In this document: one piece after another, positions 39,101-47,717 of the stretch
How the letters are laid out: every line of letters starts with the position of its first letter
Position numbering within the stretch: position 1 is the stretch's first letter
The notes under the pieces: model-generated
Told to the model about the DNA's origin: nothing
The model's database searches: none
What the model saw: only the letters and a program-made list of their open reading frames with translations
Translations under genes and position numbers: made by a program
Virus record (IMG/VR): IMGVR_UViG_3300009082_000959
Origin: a virus
Taxonomy: Duplodnaviria > Caudoviricetes
Strand: one strand, 5' to 3'
DNA: 64,000 bases

Positions 39101-42100
39101 AACAGTAAGGTCAATAGAGAGATTGGTAGAATCATTCACTGGAGTAACGCCAGAAATAGAGGAGTCTACGTTTAGTAATTGGGTTGTTGGTAGAGATAAG
39201 TTGCATCTAAGAAAACCAACCTACTTATCAACACAGTCGTTCGATTTGGGCCGGTTTGATAAAGGTGCCATTATAGACTCCACTAATTTTATTAGTGTTC
39301 CGGCACTGTCACATATAAAAATTAACGAGGGGACTATATCTGCATGGTTGCGGCCGAACTGGAGTGGCTTGGCGAATGATGCCCAGATAACTTTTGACAT
39401 TCAAATGGATGGGTACTACGATGAGTCAAGAGTATTTATAGGATTCTCTGGTTTTCATCCTGATTCAATTCCCTTTACACTTAATTCGTCTGATGATGAT
39501 CCCAGCGTAACAAGTGTTCCGAATGTTTTAGATAGTGAAACTGGATATTTTATTTGGTATGATGAGTTCGAAAAGAAATGGAATATAGTTTGGAGAGAAA
39601 ACTCATCATTTAATCATAATTTTACTGGAACAATATCAACCGATGGTGAATTTTATAGCGTAAATAATTACACTGGGCTAGACGGATATTCCAATAACGA
39701 AACCAGTGATATAATAACTAGTTCACTGGATTATATAAAGTTTTCTGGGTACATAGATGGTTATGATTCAGGATACTCATCTGATGGTATATCATTTGCA
39801 TCTGATTTACATCACTATATATTCGACATGGCCGCATCACCTAGTGCAAACAGAATGTCATTATTCAAAGATGGGTCTGGATATTTAAATTTCCAGGTAT
39901 TTGACAATAGAGGAATGGATATTGATGGTTTTTCTGGTTTCTATAATGTTTCAAAGGACATAAGCGCTTGGAATGAAGACGAATTGCATCATGTTGCTGT
40001 TTCGTGGAGATTTAATTCTGACGAAGAAAATGATGAAATGCATTTGTTTGTAGATGGTTCAGAGGTACAAAATCTATTTAAATATGGTGGTAATCCGAAA
40101 GCAAGCTCATTATATGATTTTGGAAATGTATCAGAGGAAGTTGTGATATCCAGTGCAACAAAACCAATTATAGGTGGTAGCGATGGCTCTACTTATGCTG
40201 GGTCTTTTGTGTTTGTTTCTACTTCTTCAGATTTTTCCACAGATGGCGTTTCTATAGGAGACTCACTATACTTATTGGATGACACAGCAGACGGAACAGG
40301 GTCACCAAACTATGGAACTCCTTATGGAATTACTGGTGTTGGTTCATCGAGCATTACCTTGGACCGTGCTCCAACATTAACGCTTAGTAGTGTAAAATTT
40401 AGCGTAAATTCTACAACAAAAACCGTAGATACACATGTTAATATTCAGGACTTCATAGTTGTTAAAATTGATGCCGATGGAAATGAAACAGAATTAGCGG
40501 GGGTAGATTCTTCTGACCCAGATTATTCTACTGTACGCGGAACATACTATAATCATACACTCACAATAAATAATGGAATAGCTATCGGGGATCGTGTTGT
40601 AATTAGACCACTTGGTTTAATATTAAGAAGATGTAAAGATAAAGTTTATGTGTACGGCGGAGGATACGATGAAATTAGATTAAATTCTGCTCCACCAGTT
40701 TCGTTGGCTGATGTCAAAATAACATCCATTGTGCTTGACAAAACAAGCATAAGTGAAGATGGGTACTTTGATTTTGCATCTGGCATAGTTGATGCACAAT
40801 TGGTTACATTATTAACCAGAACGATAAGTGATATGTGTCAACCAAGCAATCAATCTGCTGGCAAAAAATTAGATATCACATTTAGCGGTGATAATTTTAA
40901 TTATACCTTATCGGGAAATACCGTTGTCATAAATGGAACAACATATTCAGGGGCAACAACTGAAACCCTATCTTTCACAGAAAGTACAACAACTACTTCT
41001 TCACAGTATTGGAAAACTATAGAAAATTTAACCATTTCCGCAATACCAATTGATTTAGAGAAAGGGGCCGGAACAGTAGAAATACGTGAATCTATACCAA
41101 TAACTGTGTCAGAAAATAACGGTGATTATGCAGAAATAGTTGATTATGCTAACGGTATATTTAGATTGGAAACATATGGAACTGGTGGAAACCCATATAT
41201 ACTTAATGCTTGTACCTATGAGGTTGACTACCCATCTTATTTGAGAGTTCCATTTGATAGTATTCCAGATAAATTTTATATTGGGTGCGACCACAACGAG
41301 TCGAATAATTTATCTGGAACAATAGATGAGTTTAAGATACTTGATTTTATGGCATCGGATACCAGAGTAGGAGAAGAGGTTGTATCAGGCGAATACTCGA
41401 TAACAACCGATTATAATTCATCCAATGAGTCAGAGGAAGACGCAAACACATTACTACTTATGCATTTAAATAGTACTGTAGAAGACTCATCGATTTTTAG
41501 AGACAGATTTAATGCCGGATATGAGGTTTCGTCTAGCATAAACTCTGATTTTGGCATGGCGATTAAATTCGGCAAAAATAATCCTTACATTGTCAACGAT
41601 GCCTCTATTTTCAATACTGACGAGGGTTCAATAGAGTTTTGGGTTAGTCCTTTTCAAGATTCAATAGGTGATCCAAATTATAGATACTACGTTGATATGA
41701 CTACCAGTGTAGAAATAGAGGTAGAATCAGTTTCAAGGGTGTCAGTAATATCTCCAAGAAGTATAAGGGAAGTGGAAAGCATAAGACTTGTTTCAGATAT
41801 ATATAATACTGGAATAAATTATTTTGACGGAGGTTCATTATCTACTGTTGATAATAAAACAATTTCACTCAGTACTCCGCTTCCAGATTACAATACTCCT
41901 GTTAGAATTAGATTTGTTTCATTGGACAACCAGGGAGACCGAGTAAGTATTTTTAGAGACCCAGATGGTAGAGTTAATTTTTTTGTAAAAGCCTCTGGGG
42001 TTGAGCACTTACTCAGTGTATCTACCGTGTGGGACAGACATACCTGGCACAGAATTATGGTTATGTGGAAGACAAACAGCTCAGATGGCCAGGATAGATT

Positions 42101-42647
42101 GCGCTTATTTGTGGACGGGGAGGAGAGAGGCACAATACGATATGGAACTGGACTCATATATGGAACTGGAGTTATATACGGACAAGAGGAGATTCGTTCT
42201 GGAGCAGATAGATTTTTAGTAGATAATATTGATCTTACAGATGTGTTTTCAACAATATATCTGGGTTCTGATATAACTAGCAATAATGGTGCAAGTGCCA
42301 AGATGGATAATATAAGATTTTCAGAAATTCAACGACTTGAAACCATTAAAGTTGTATCAAGCACAACAATTGATGTCAATTACTATCAGAATACTCTGTT
42401 GGCGATTCCGGTAACAGAGGATGTATATACTACTAAGATTTTTAATTTTGACGATGACAGTTCTAATGTGATATATTTAGCCACAGTTGTGAATAAAGAA
42501 CGTGGCATTTTCCGGTTTAAAGTAAAAGTAATAGATTCGTTTGATAGAGTAATTGGTAATACGGAACTAGAGAACCTTTTGGTAACTCTTATAAATACAA
42601 TAAAAGCAGCTCACTGTGAGGCTATAGTTGAGTACATTAGGTGGTAA
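36105..42647 (+). CDS. Baseplate wedge (gp7/gpI-like) protein with Ig-like and LamG/concanavalin-A-like domains
   Basis: 2180 aa. gpI-like block RETYRSVL...GPTVRSIERLVESFTG; LamG motifs EGTISAW, LHHVAVSW, LFVDG, GTIDEFKI, EGSIEFW, WHRIMVMW, MDNIRFS. Confidence 0.7.
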   Translation: MTLSPIRTSELTVSSIKIIFNDDLDTNIGVANISIYSEIDSISNPEVRSVSVENEQLSITFSPLFPKVKYKILFVSTDTQSFQSINGEPIVEDGGRNSLFIVSPGETQNTIRDNVFSDISSIYDIDGQTTVRSLITTLADELQTSSDAISTTKSGNYLSQQVIDELKIRDDGPVDKLDNGGAFQILRVASTPTGFSKNGTLLFNSTREQTFSSRNGIIINSAVSDLPSDPISLQEIDVINEKVTDNIDLPNYFSGLFVKLSYGPIIRVVSVALKRNGTYTEYDIENFGYTLFTNYYDTSSASTNVNIGNNEFELSSSSLTGNTGGFLTPQAGDELYVSYTYKRLGRNIDGDSIELSRVKNVVREAAPAIVNIFSLDYAPIVNSSGIIFETGGVTFYNTIAYDGHPALTYDHPAFIREIPYNLLHLPEQAGEYSVDYSSGSVIVYGEDETNKGTGLNPPVASYSYKHIFDNTIDYTFDSDNSSLSLNSTREIDGLDATISFNYEDTFAEGTDFRVLSHVEVLNERILNKLTGSFALETQNFPITDVFRIFNETTGEIYSLDRFNDTTVFFNGTQAPRQKDIVRERATFVRVPQEILLISDELSNTIGLTVFKINLENNGIADSHGTFVGANFDTSALFSNADVFVREFFYEDRLFTSVETNIDRLLQVGDYSIDYNNGIIYVAVSASQDSNIGDVTYLHKKIDTSNSNILGVNNIYKSKSALQSNVVNYLIGDISDTEAEVVGLEQIGERFINGTSSRVLVVGAHQNGEDGVTSENIFTSNGAIFTEDDVGRYLTVGSSVQPPVQEVLITGLINIHQVLVSPDFIYSGAGRVWSVVDLSPGSPKTITLDHDIVSVNNIYTVSQLGTLPSSLLDGYFDINRDTVSGNVITLGDDNPLELGAAVVVSYNFGNIFIDYKYLRDNIIISYEYGKNSIDWSISNSLYSGQEYYVTYKYGALRNSLLLNFGSLTQIPQLTNFSPNLNRETYRSVLSGTLQSFIEGPTVRSIERLVESFTGVTPEIEESTFSNWVVGRDKLHLRKPTYLSTQSFDLGRFDKGAIIDSTNFISVPALSHIKINEGTISAWLRPNWSGLANDAQITFDIQMDGYYDESRVFIGFSGFHPDSIPFTLNSSDDDPSVTSVPNVLDSETGYFIWYDEFEKKWNIVWRENSSFNHNFTGTISTDGEFYSVNNYTGLDGYSNNETSDIITSSLDYIKFSGYIDGYDSGYSSDGISFASDLHHYIFDMAASPSANRMSLFKDGSGYLNFQVFDNRGMDIDGFSGFYNVSKDISAWNEDELHHVAVSWRFNSDEENDEMHLFVDGSEVQNLFKYGGNPKASSLYDFGNVSEEVVISSATKPIIGGSDGSTYAGSFVFVSTSSDFSTDGVSIGDSLYLLDDTADGTGSPNYGTPYGITGVGSSSITLDRAPTLTLSSVKFSVNSTTKTVDTHVNIQDFIVVKIDADGNETELAGVDSSDPDYSTVRGTYYNHTLTINNGIAIGDRVVIRPLGLILRRCKDKVYVYGGGYDEIRLNSAPPVSLADVKITSIVLDKTSISEDGYFDFASGIVDAQLVTLLTRTISDMCQPSNQSAGKKLDITFSGDNFNYTLSGNTVVINGTTYSGATTETLSFTESTTTTSSQYWKTIENLTISAIPIDLEKGAGTVEIRESIPITVSENNGDYAEIVDYANGIFRLETYGTGGNPYILNACTYEVDYPSYLRVPFDSIPDKFYIGCDHNESNNLSGTIDEFKILDFMASDTRVGEEVVSGEYSITTDYNSSNESEEDANTLLLMHLNSTVEDSSIFRDRFNAGYEVSSSINSDFGMAIKFGKNNPYIVNDASIFNTDEGSIEFWVSPFQDSIGDPNYRYYVDMTTSVEIEVESVSRVSVISPRSIREVESIRLVSDIYNTGINYFDGGSLSTVDNKTISLSTPLPDYNTPVRIRFVSLDNQGDRVSIFRDPDGRVNFFVKASGVEHLLSVSTVWDRHTWHRIMVMWKTNSSDGQDRLRLFVDGEERGTIRYGTGLIYGTGVIYGQEEIRSGADRFLVDNIDLTDVFSTIYLGSDITSNNGASAKMDNIRFSEIQRLETIKVVSSTTIDVNYYQNTLLAIPVTEDVYTTKIFNFDDDSSNVIYLATVVNKERGIFRFKVKVIDSFDRVIGNTELENLLVTLINTIKAAHCEAIVEYIRW

Positions 42648-42699
42648 TATATTTGTCGCTCTATATGATTGTTTCTTGGTTTTCCACGGTCTAATGACC

Positions 42700-42727
42700 T
42701 TTATACACGAGAAATTTTGGTTGTCAA
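42700..42727 (-). promoter_or_regulatory. Sigma70-like promoter on the minus strand (TTGACA-N16-TATAAA)
   Basis: Plus strand shows TTTATA at 42700-42705 and TGTCAA at 42722-42727 in a 111-nt intergenic gap. Confidence 0.4.
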
Positions 42728-42758
42728 GCGACTTATAAGAAATTTTTAGGAGAAAAAA

Positions 42759-45587
42759 ATGGCTAGGTCTAATTGGTCGAGAGTAAATTTTTTTGATGGT
42801 CAAGAGGTTTCTGAAACGGACCTCGATGTTGAACAGAGCGCATGGCATAATGGCTTGGCCAATGCCGTAGATTTTTTGGCGGGTAGCGGGGTAGAAAAGG
42901 ATTCTGCAGTTCAAAGAGTGTTGTTTGACTCGGATGATGTTCCTGCGTCTATATCTAGTCTGATTTCGTCAACATCATTTGATGGAGAGCCTATATATCC
43001 AACAGATGCGTTTGGCCAGGTTGTTTTTCTGCAGCCATCCGATGCATCTGAGGGAAACCAATTAGAGGTTGAAATATCTGGATCATCATTGGACGGGACT
43101 CCAAGTGCCAAGGTATTTGTATTTGGTCAGATTTTTGGCGGAACATTTACTCACGAGGTGCTGGTATTTGACAAAAATACATCTATTGTAACCAGGAACT
43201 ATTTTAATAATATAGTTTCTATAATGACGCAGGATTTTCTGGGGAACCAAAATACAATAGTGGACGGCGTTGCATCAAGAAACAATGGAGGAAGATTAAG
43301 AATTCTTGAAGCTCTGCCAATGTCACTAACTCACGACACCATAATGGCGGAACAAGTCGCAGAGCCTAGTATGGATTACGTGAATTTTAAACCAGCAACA
43401 TTATCTAAAACATTAGATATAGTGTTGGATGAAATAGCTGCTACAGAAGGATTATCAAAAGATGACCTAAGAATAAATGTAACCGCAACCACCACAAGGA
43501 CACTTCCAATAAATGAAAGTACCGGAATGATAGTTGGCCAAAAATTTAAGGCTACCACCAACAATATTCAAAAGATTTCAGTGCTGTTGTCTGTTGAAGA
43601 AAACACTCTAGCAACACCAGGACAGGAATTTGATTGGTCTGGAGAAATTATCGTTGGTATTAGAGCACTACAAACGACAACCACATGTCCAACCGCAGCA
43701 ATACCAAACACATCAATCGAATTTGATCCTGAATTATATCCGTTGGCCGAAGTTTCTTTTTCGCAAAACGATCTTGAAGACATAGGGGTGATATTAACTG
43801 ATGAACCCCAAGTAGTTGATTTTGTATTTACACAGTCTCTGCTGGCAAACCCAAACATAGAACCATCTATTGTTCCTGGAAAATATTATATTCTAACAAT
43901 ACGCAGGTCTGGTGATTTGAGCAAAGGTAACATTGTATTGCAGGAGGCAGAGAATACAAATGTTTCCGACACAGACGACATGATGATGTCTGTGTTCTCA
44001 CAGAATGTTTGGACAGATATTCCAGAAAGTGACTTGTGGTTTAGAATACACACAGACGCAATAAGAATAACAAGCGGAACAGCATTTGATGGTGGAGTAC
44101 AAATAACATCAAATAAAACAAAAAAGAATGATTCGACGGGAGTGCTGGAACCATATGTCAACGGATACTATAATTTACTAGATATATCTAGTTCTGCGAA
44201 AAATTATGTGATTGTACAAAAATCAACAGAGTTTTCCGATTCAATACCACATCCGTCGACCGGAAACCAAGTGTTTACCAGAATACTTGATGTGCCAGAT
44301 GTTGTTGTTGTATCAGAAGATACCCTGACAACATTAATTGACGCAGGAACAGAGCCAATAATTTTGGGATATGCAACTGATACTAATCCAATTGGAAATC
44401 CGAGTATTACCGGATACACAGAGTTTCCTGGATTAGCAAGAAGTAATACCCTTACATTGATTAATCCAAGTTCTGATATAACCAATAATAATTTGGTCGG
44501 GTCAATACTAACGCCAAATACTGGTGAGCCAGAATTAAAATACAGAATAATAAAAGTTCAGTCGTACGACGATGCCTACGGTGATATTAATAATGACCTA
44601 GGCGTGGACGTATTTGATGTTTCGCGGGCATTGATTTTGGACGGGTACTCAAAGACATTGGTAGATGGAACAGTATCGTCCGTCGACCAGCAAAGGGCAA
44701 TTGTAGCCGGCACAGTAACAATGGAAGAAATCATAAGAGCTGATGTCACTAACGATGGTGAGATAGATATTCTTGATGCACAATTGATACAACAAAACAT
44801 ATCTCTTGGGACATCATTTAGTTCTGGTAGCACTTTTAATAGGGTTGTAATAACTGTCGAAAGTCTTACTAGTCCACTTAGCACAACTCCTAATATTATA
44901 GGATCAGATAGTTCATTTAATGATGTTCCGTTTTCACAGATACAGTTTAGAATAGACTTTGTTCCACTTTGGACACAATCAAACATAACCATAGTGGATT
45001 TAAGAAGGTTTGTTCCGAATACTTTTACACAGTTGGAATCCGATGATATAACTGGAAGCACACCTAATGGCGGAAAGAATGTTGCGTACATTCCAGGTGA
45101 CTTGTTGCTGGGCGGAAATCTTCTAACACCAGAGGGAGAATCATACTCTGTTGATTTAGAGGTAAACACGATAACAATAGATTTGCCGGATGGAGATACT
45201 CAGGGAGAAGTTGATATATTTACAAACTTTATTAAAAATAAAATGTATTTCTCGGATGGCTCATTGGTAACTGCCGACGCAATAACAGATAATCAAATTA
45301 AGGTGTCAGCAGCGATTGGTTCACTTGCTAAGAACAACGAGGACTTGGATGGATATGACTTCCAAAGCATAGACGGAGTAACGACAGTTGATACTTCGGT
45401 TTCTGTGTTGTATATGCAGGAGTTCGGTTTATTGAGAATTAGAGCATATAATATAAAAAATATATCAACTGTCCCGGAACTAAAAACAAAAATTATTCTT
45501 ACCGTGTTCCTAAAGAAAGCCGGTTTTGCTAACAGTGAGGTTGAAGTAACACCACAAGAATTAAGCGACATATTAACGGTAATATAA
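42759..45587 (+). CDS. Tail fibre/baseplate-peripheral protein with dockerin-like EF-hand pair
   Basis: 942 aa. N-terminal RVNFFDGQEVSETDLDVEQ is typical of fibre-attachment domains; GDINNDLGVDVFD and ADVTNDGEIDILD loops; AGGAG RBS. Confidence 0.6.
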   Translation: MARSNWSRVNFFDGQEVSETDLDVEQSAWHNGLANAVDFLAGSGVEKDSAVQRVLFDSDDVPASISSLISSTSFDGEPIYPTDAFGQVVFLQPSDASEGNQLEVEISGSSLDGTPSAKVFVFGQIFGGTFTHEVLVFDKNTSIVTRNYFNNIVSIMTQDFLGNQNTIVDGVASRNNGGRLRILEALPMSLTHDTIMAEQVAEPSMDYVNFKPATLSKTLDIVLDEIAATEGLSKDDLRINVTATTTRTLPINESTGMIVGQKFKATTNNIQKISVLLSVEENTLATPGQEFDWSGEIIVGIRALQTTTTCPTAAIPNTSIEFDPELYPLAEVSFSQNDLEDIGVILTDEPQVVDFVFTQSLLANPNIEPSIVPGKYYILTIRRSGDLSKGNIVLQEAENTNVSDTDDMMMSVFSQNVWTDIPESDLWFRIHTDAIRITSGTAFDGGVQITSNKTKKNDSTGVLEPYVNGYYNLLDISSSAKNYVIVQKSTEFSDSIPHPSTGNQVFTRILDVPDVVVVSEDTLTTLIDAGTEPIILGYATDTNPIGNPSITGYTEFPGLARSNTLTLINPSSDITNNNLVGSILTPNTGEPELKYRIIKVQSYDDAYGDINNDLGVDVFDVSRALILDGYSKTLVDGTVSSVDQQRAIVAGTVTMEEIIRADVTNDGEIDILDAQLIQQNISLGTSFSSGSTFNRVVITVESLTSPLSTTPNIIGSDSSFNDVPFSQIQFRIDFVPLWTQSNITIVDLRRFVPNTFTQLESDDITGSTPNGGKNVAYIPGDLLLGGNLLTPEGESYSVDLEVNTITIDLPDGDTQGEVDIFTNFIKNKMYFSDGSLVTADAITDNQIKVSAAIGSLAKNNEDLDGYDFQSIDGVTTVDTSVSVLYMQEFGLLRIRAYNIKNISTVPELKTKIILTVFLKKAGFANSEVEVTPQELSDILTVI

Positions 45588-45594
45588 ATAAACC

Positions 45595-47712
45595 ATGACA
45601 GAAATTGTTGGTGGACACGGCGGCAGGTGGAGGGGCAGGTCTATAAGGCCAATCTTCAAAGATGGGTCGTCCTGCGCCTCTATGCCAAACAAAGATTCAA
45701 TGATTATGTCTCCATGCAATGTGGAGTGTGATTCTGTTTATCAAGTTTCAGTTTGCGCATCAAAAAATGGCGGCAACGGAATTTTGCTGGTGAATTTTTT
45801 TGGTGGGCAAAACTACGATGGTGCTCCAGCAACGGTCAATATAACAACACAAAACATATCTACCTATAAAGCCACAATTAGATCTCCAAAATTTCCAAAA
45901 GGATTACCAATAAGTTTGAGAATTTGGAAACCGTCCTCGTCCACTGGGAATGTATATGTTAAATTAATTAAAATTGATAAGGTTGTTGTCTCTGCGCAAA
46001 TTCAACAACAATCTAGGCCAATTATAAACACAATACCAAAAGTTCCACCTGCGTTGATTAAGAGAGAGGAACCAAAGAAAGTAAAAAGAGAAAGAAAAGA
46101 AATAATAGTTAGGCCAAAAAAGAAACAAGTTGCAATTGTTAAAGAAAAAAAGAAACCGTCTATTAATAAGTTTAGTGACTTGTTGTCTTTTGATACTAGT
46201 CTCGTTCCCTTGGTTTCTATTATTACACCAACTCGCGACGGTAGAAATTTAGTAGAAAGTTGCTACAAGGCAATAAAAGAAAACACCATCTATCCTAATT
46301 GGGAGTGGATAATTGGAGATAGTAATTCACAAGATGGAACGGCAGAATTAATCAAATCCTGGCAAGACCCCAGAATAAAATTAGTGGAAAGAAAAACCAC
46401 AGAAGGGTCATTTTCTTCGATAAACAATGAGTTGGTAAAGTATTCAACAGGTGAGTACTTACTGTTTTTGAACGATGACACGCAACCGCAATTTCTGTGG
46501 CTATACACTATGGTTTCAAAGCTTCATAATAGAGAAAACATAGGGGTGGTAGGTGCGCGTCTTTTATACTTAGAAAATAAAATACAGCACGCCGGCGTTG
46601 CGTTTATACCACATGGCCCCGTTAATGTTGGTAAGTCTGTACTTAAGTCTTTGCCGCAAGATTTCCCAAACAACGATAGGTTTTATCAAGCAGTTACGGG
46701 CGCTTGTATGTTGGTGAGAAAAACAGATTTTCTTGCTGTGGGCGGGTTTGATGAAGGATACTATTTTTGTTATGAAGACATAGACCTGTGTTTAAAAATT
46801 AATAAACAATTAAATAAAAAAATAGTTTATGCTTCGTCCGCAAAAGTATATCATAGGGAGAGTGCCACACAAAAGAAGTTTGGAACTGCTTGTGAAAAAC
46901 AAAGAAACGGAATCGCCTTGTTTCGCGCAAGGTGGTCATCATTTGTGAGGTCGGATTTAGTTGAGTTTAGCGGCAACCCAAACGCTGATATTAAGAAAAC
47001 AGACATATCGTTTGTTACTTGTGTTAGCAATTTAAATCAGTATAAATCACACGTACTGATGTCGTTGCTGAAAAACACAACAAAGAAAAACTATGAAGTT
47101 ATTCCAGTACTAAACGCCGGCAATAAATACTCAGCGGCCCAAGCATTAAATATTGGAATAAAATCTGCAAAAGGAAATATAATTGTTTTATGCCATCAGG
47201 ATGTGGTGTTTTTTGAGAAATGGATAGACAATTTATTTATTAGAATTGCAGAGGTTGAAGGAAAAACAAGCAAGTGGGGTGTTTTGGGAACCGCGGGAAT
47301 AAATTCTTCTGACACCACGATAGGAAGAGTGTATAATATAAAGGGTAAGCTGTCGTGGGCATCAACAACTGACAAAACCATAATGCCGGCCCAAACAGTT
47401 GATGAACATTGTATGGTGATTAAAAAGAACTCTGGGTTGCTGTTTGATGAAAAAACAGTTAAGGGGTTTCATTTTTACGGTGCGGATATTTGCTTGAACG
47501 CCAGTATAAATAAGGGCCTGGTGAACTATGGTATTTTGTGTCCAATAATTCATAATTCCGCTTCTGGTAGTTTAAATATTGGAAAAAAAGAGTTTGAGAG
47601 ACTTATGGTTGTGTTTGCAGAGAAATGGAAAAAAGTCCCAGTTATAAGGACACCAACGTCATTAATAAACAGAAAGTCTAAAAAGACATTTTTGAAGTTT
47701 AAGAAAAGGTAG
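45595..47712 (+). CDS. Multi-domain glycosyltransferase (N-terminal beta-domain plus two GT-A/GT2-like domains)
   Basis: LVSIITPTRD, FLNDDT, GFDEGYYFCYEDIDLC; second domain LCHQDV, VDEHC, FHFYGADIC. Confidence 0.88.
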   Translation: MTEIVGGHGGRWRGRSIRPIFKDGSSCASMPNKDSMIMSPCNVECDSVYQVSVCASKNGGNGILLVNFFGGQNYDGAPATVNITTQNISTYKATIRSPKFPKGLPISLRIWKPSSSTGNVYVKLIKIDKVVVSAQIQQQSRPIINTIPKVPPALIKREEPKKVKRERKEIIVRPKKKQVAIVKEKKKPSINKFSDLLSFDTSLVPLVSIITPTRDGRNLVESCYKAIKENTIYPNWEWIIGDSNSQDGTAELIKSWQDPRIKLVERKTTEGSFSSINNELVKYSTGEYLLFLNDDTQPQFLWLYTMVSKLHNRENIGVVGARLLYLENKIQHAGVAFIPHGPVNVGKSVLKSLPQDFPNNDRFYQAVTGACMLVRKTDFLAVGGFDEGYYFCYEDIDLCLKINKQLNKKIVYASSAKVYHRESATQKKFGTACEKQRNGIALFRARWSSFVRSDLVEFSGNPNADIKKTDISFVTCVSNLNQYKSHVLMSLLKNTTKKNYEVIPVLNAGNKYSAAQALNIGIKSAKGNIIVLCHQDVVFFEKWIDNLFIRIAEVEGKTSKWGVLGTAGINSSDTTIGRVYNIKGKLSWASTTDKTIMPAQTVDEHCMVIKKNSGLLFDEKTVKGFHFYGADICLNASINKGLVNYGILCPIIHNSASGSLNIGKKEFERLMVVFAEKWKKVPVIRTPTSLINRKSKKTFLKFKKR

Positions 47713-47717
47713 GTTAT

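Noticed and set aside
11981-45587. Bacterial eCIS, tailocin or T6SS locus
   Set aside because: No Afp15-like ATPase or T6SS membrane-complex genes were recognised; the frameshifted chaperone, very large wedge proteins and many homing nucleases fit a large phage better. Not fully excluded because head genes are outside the window.
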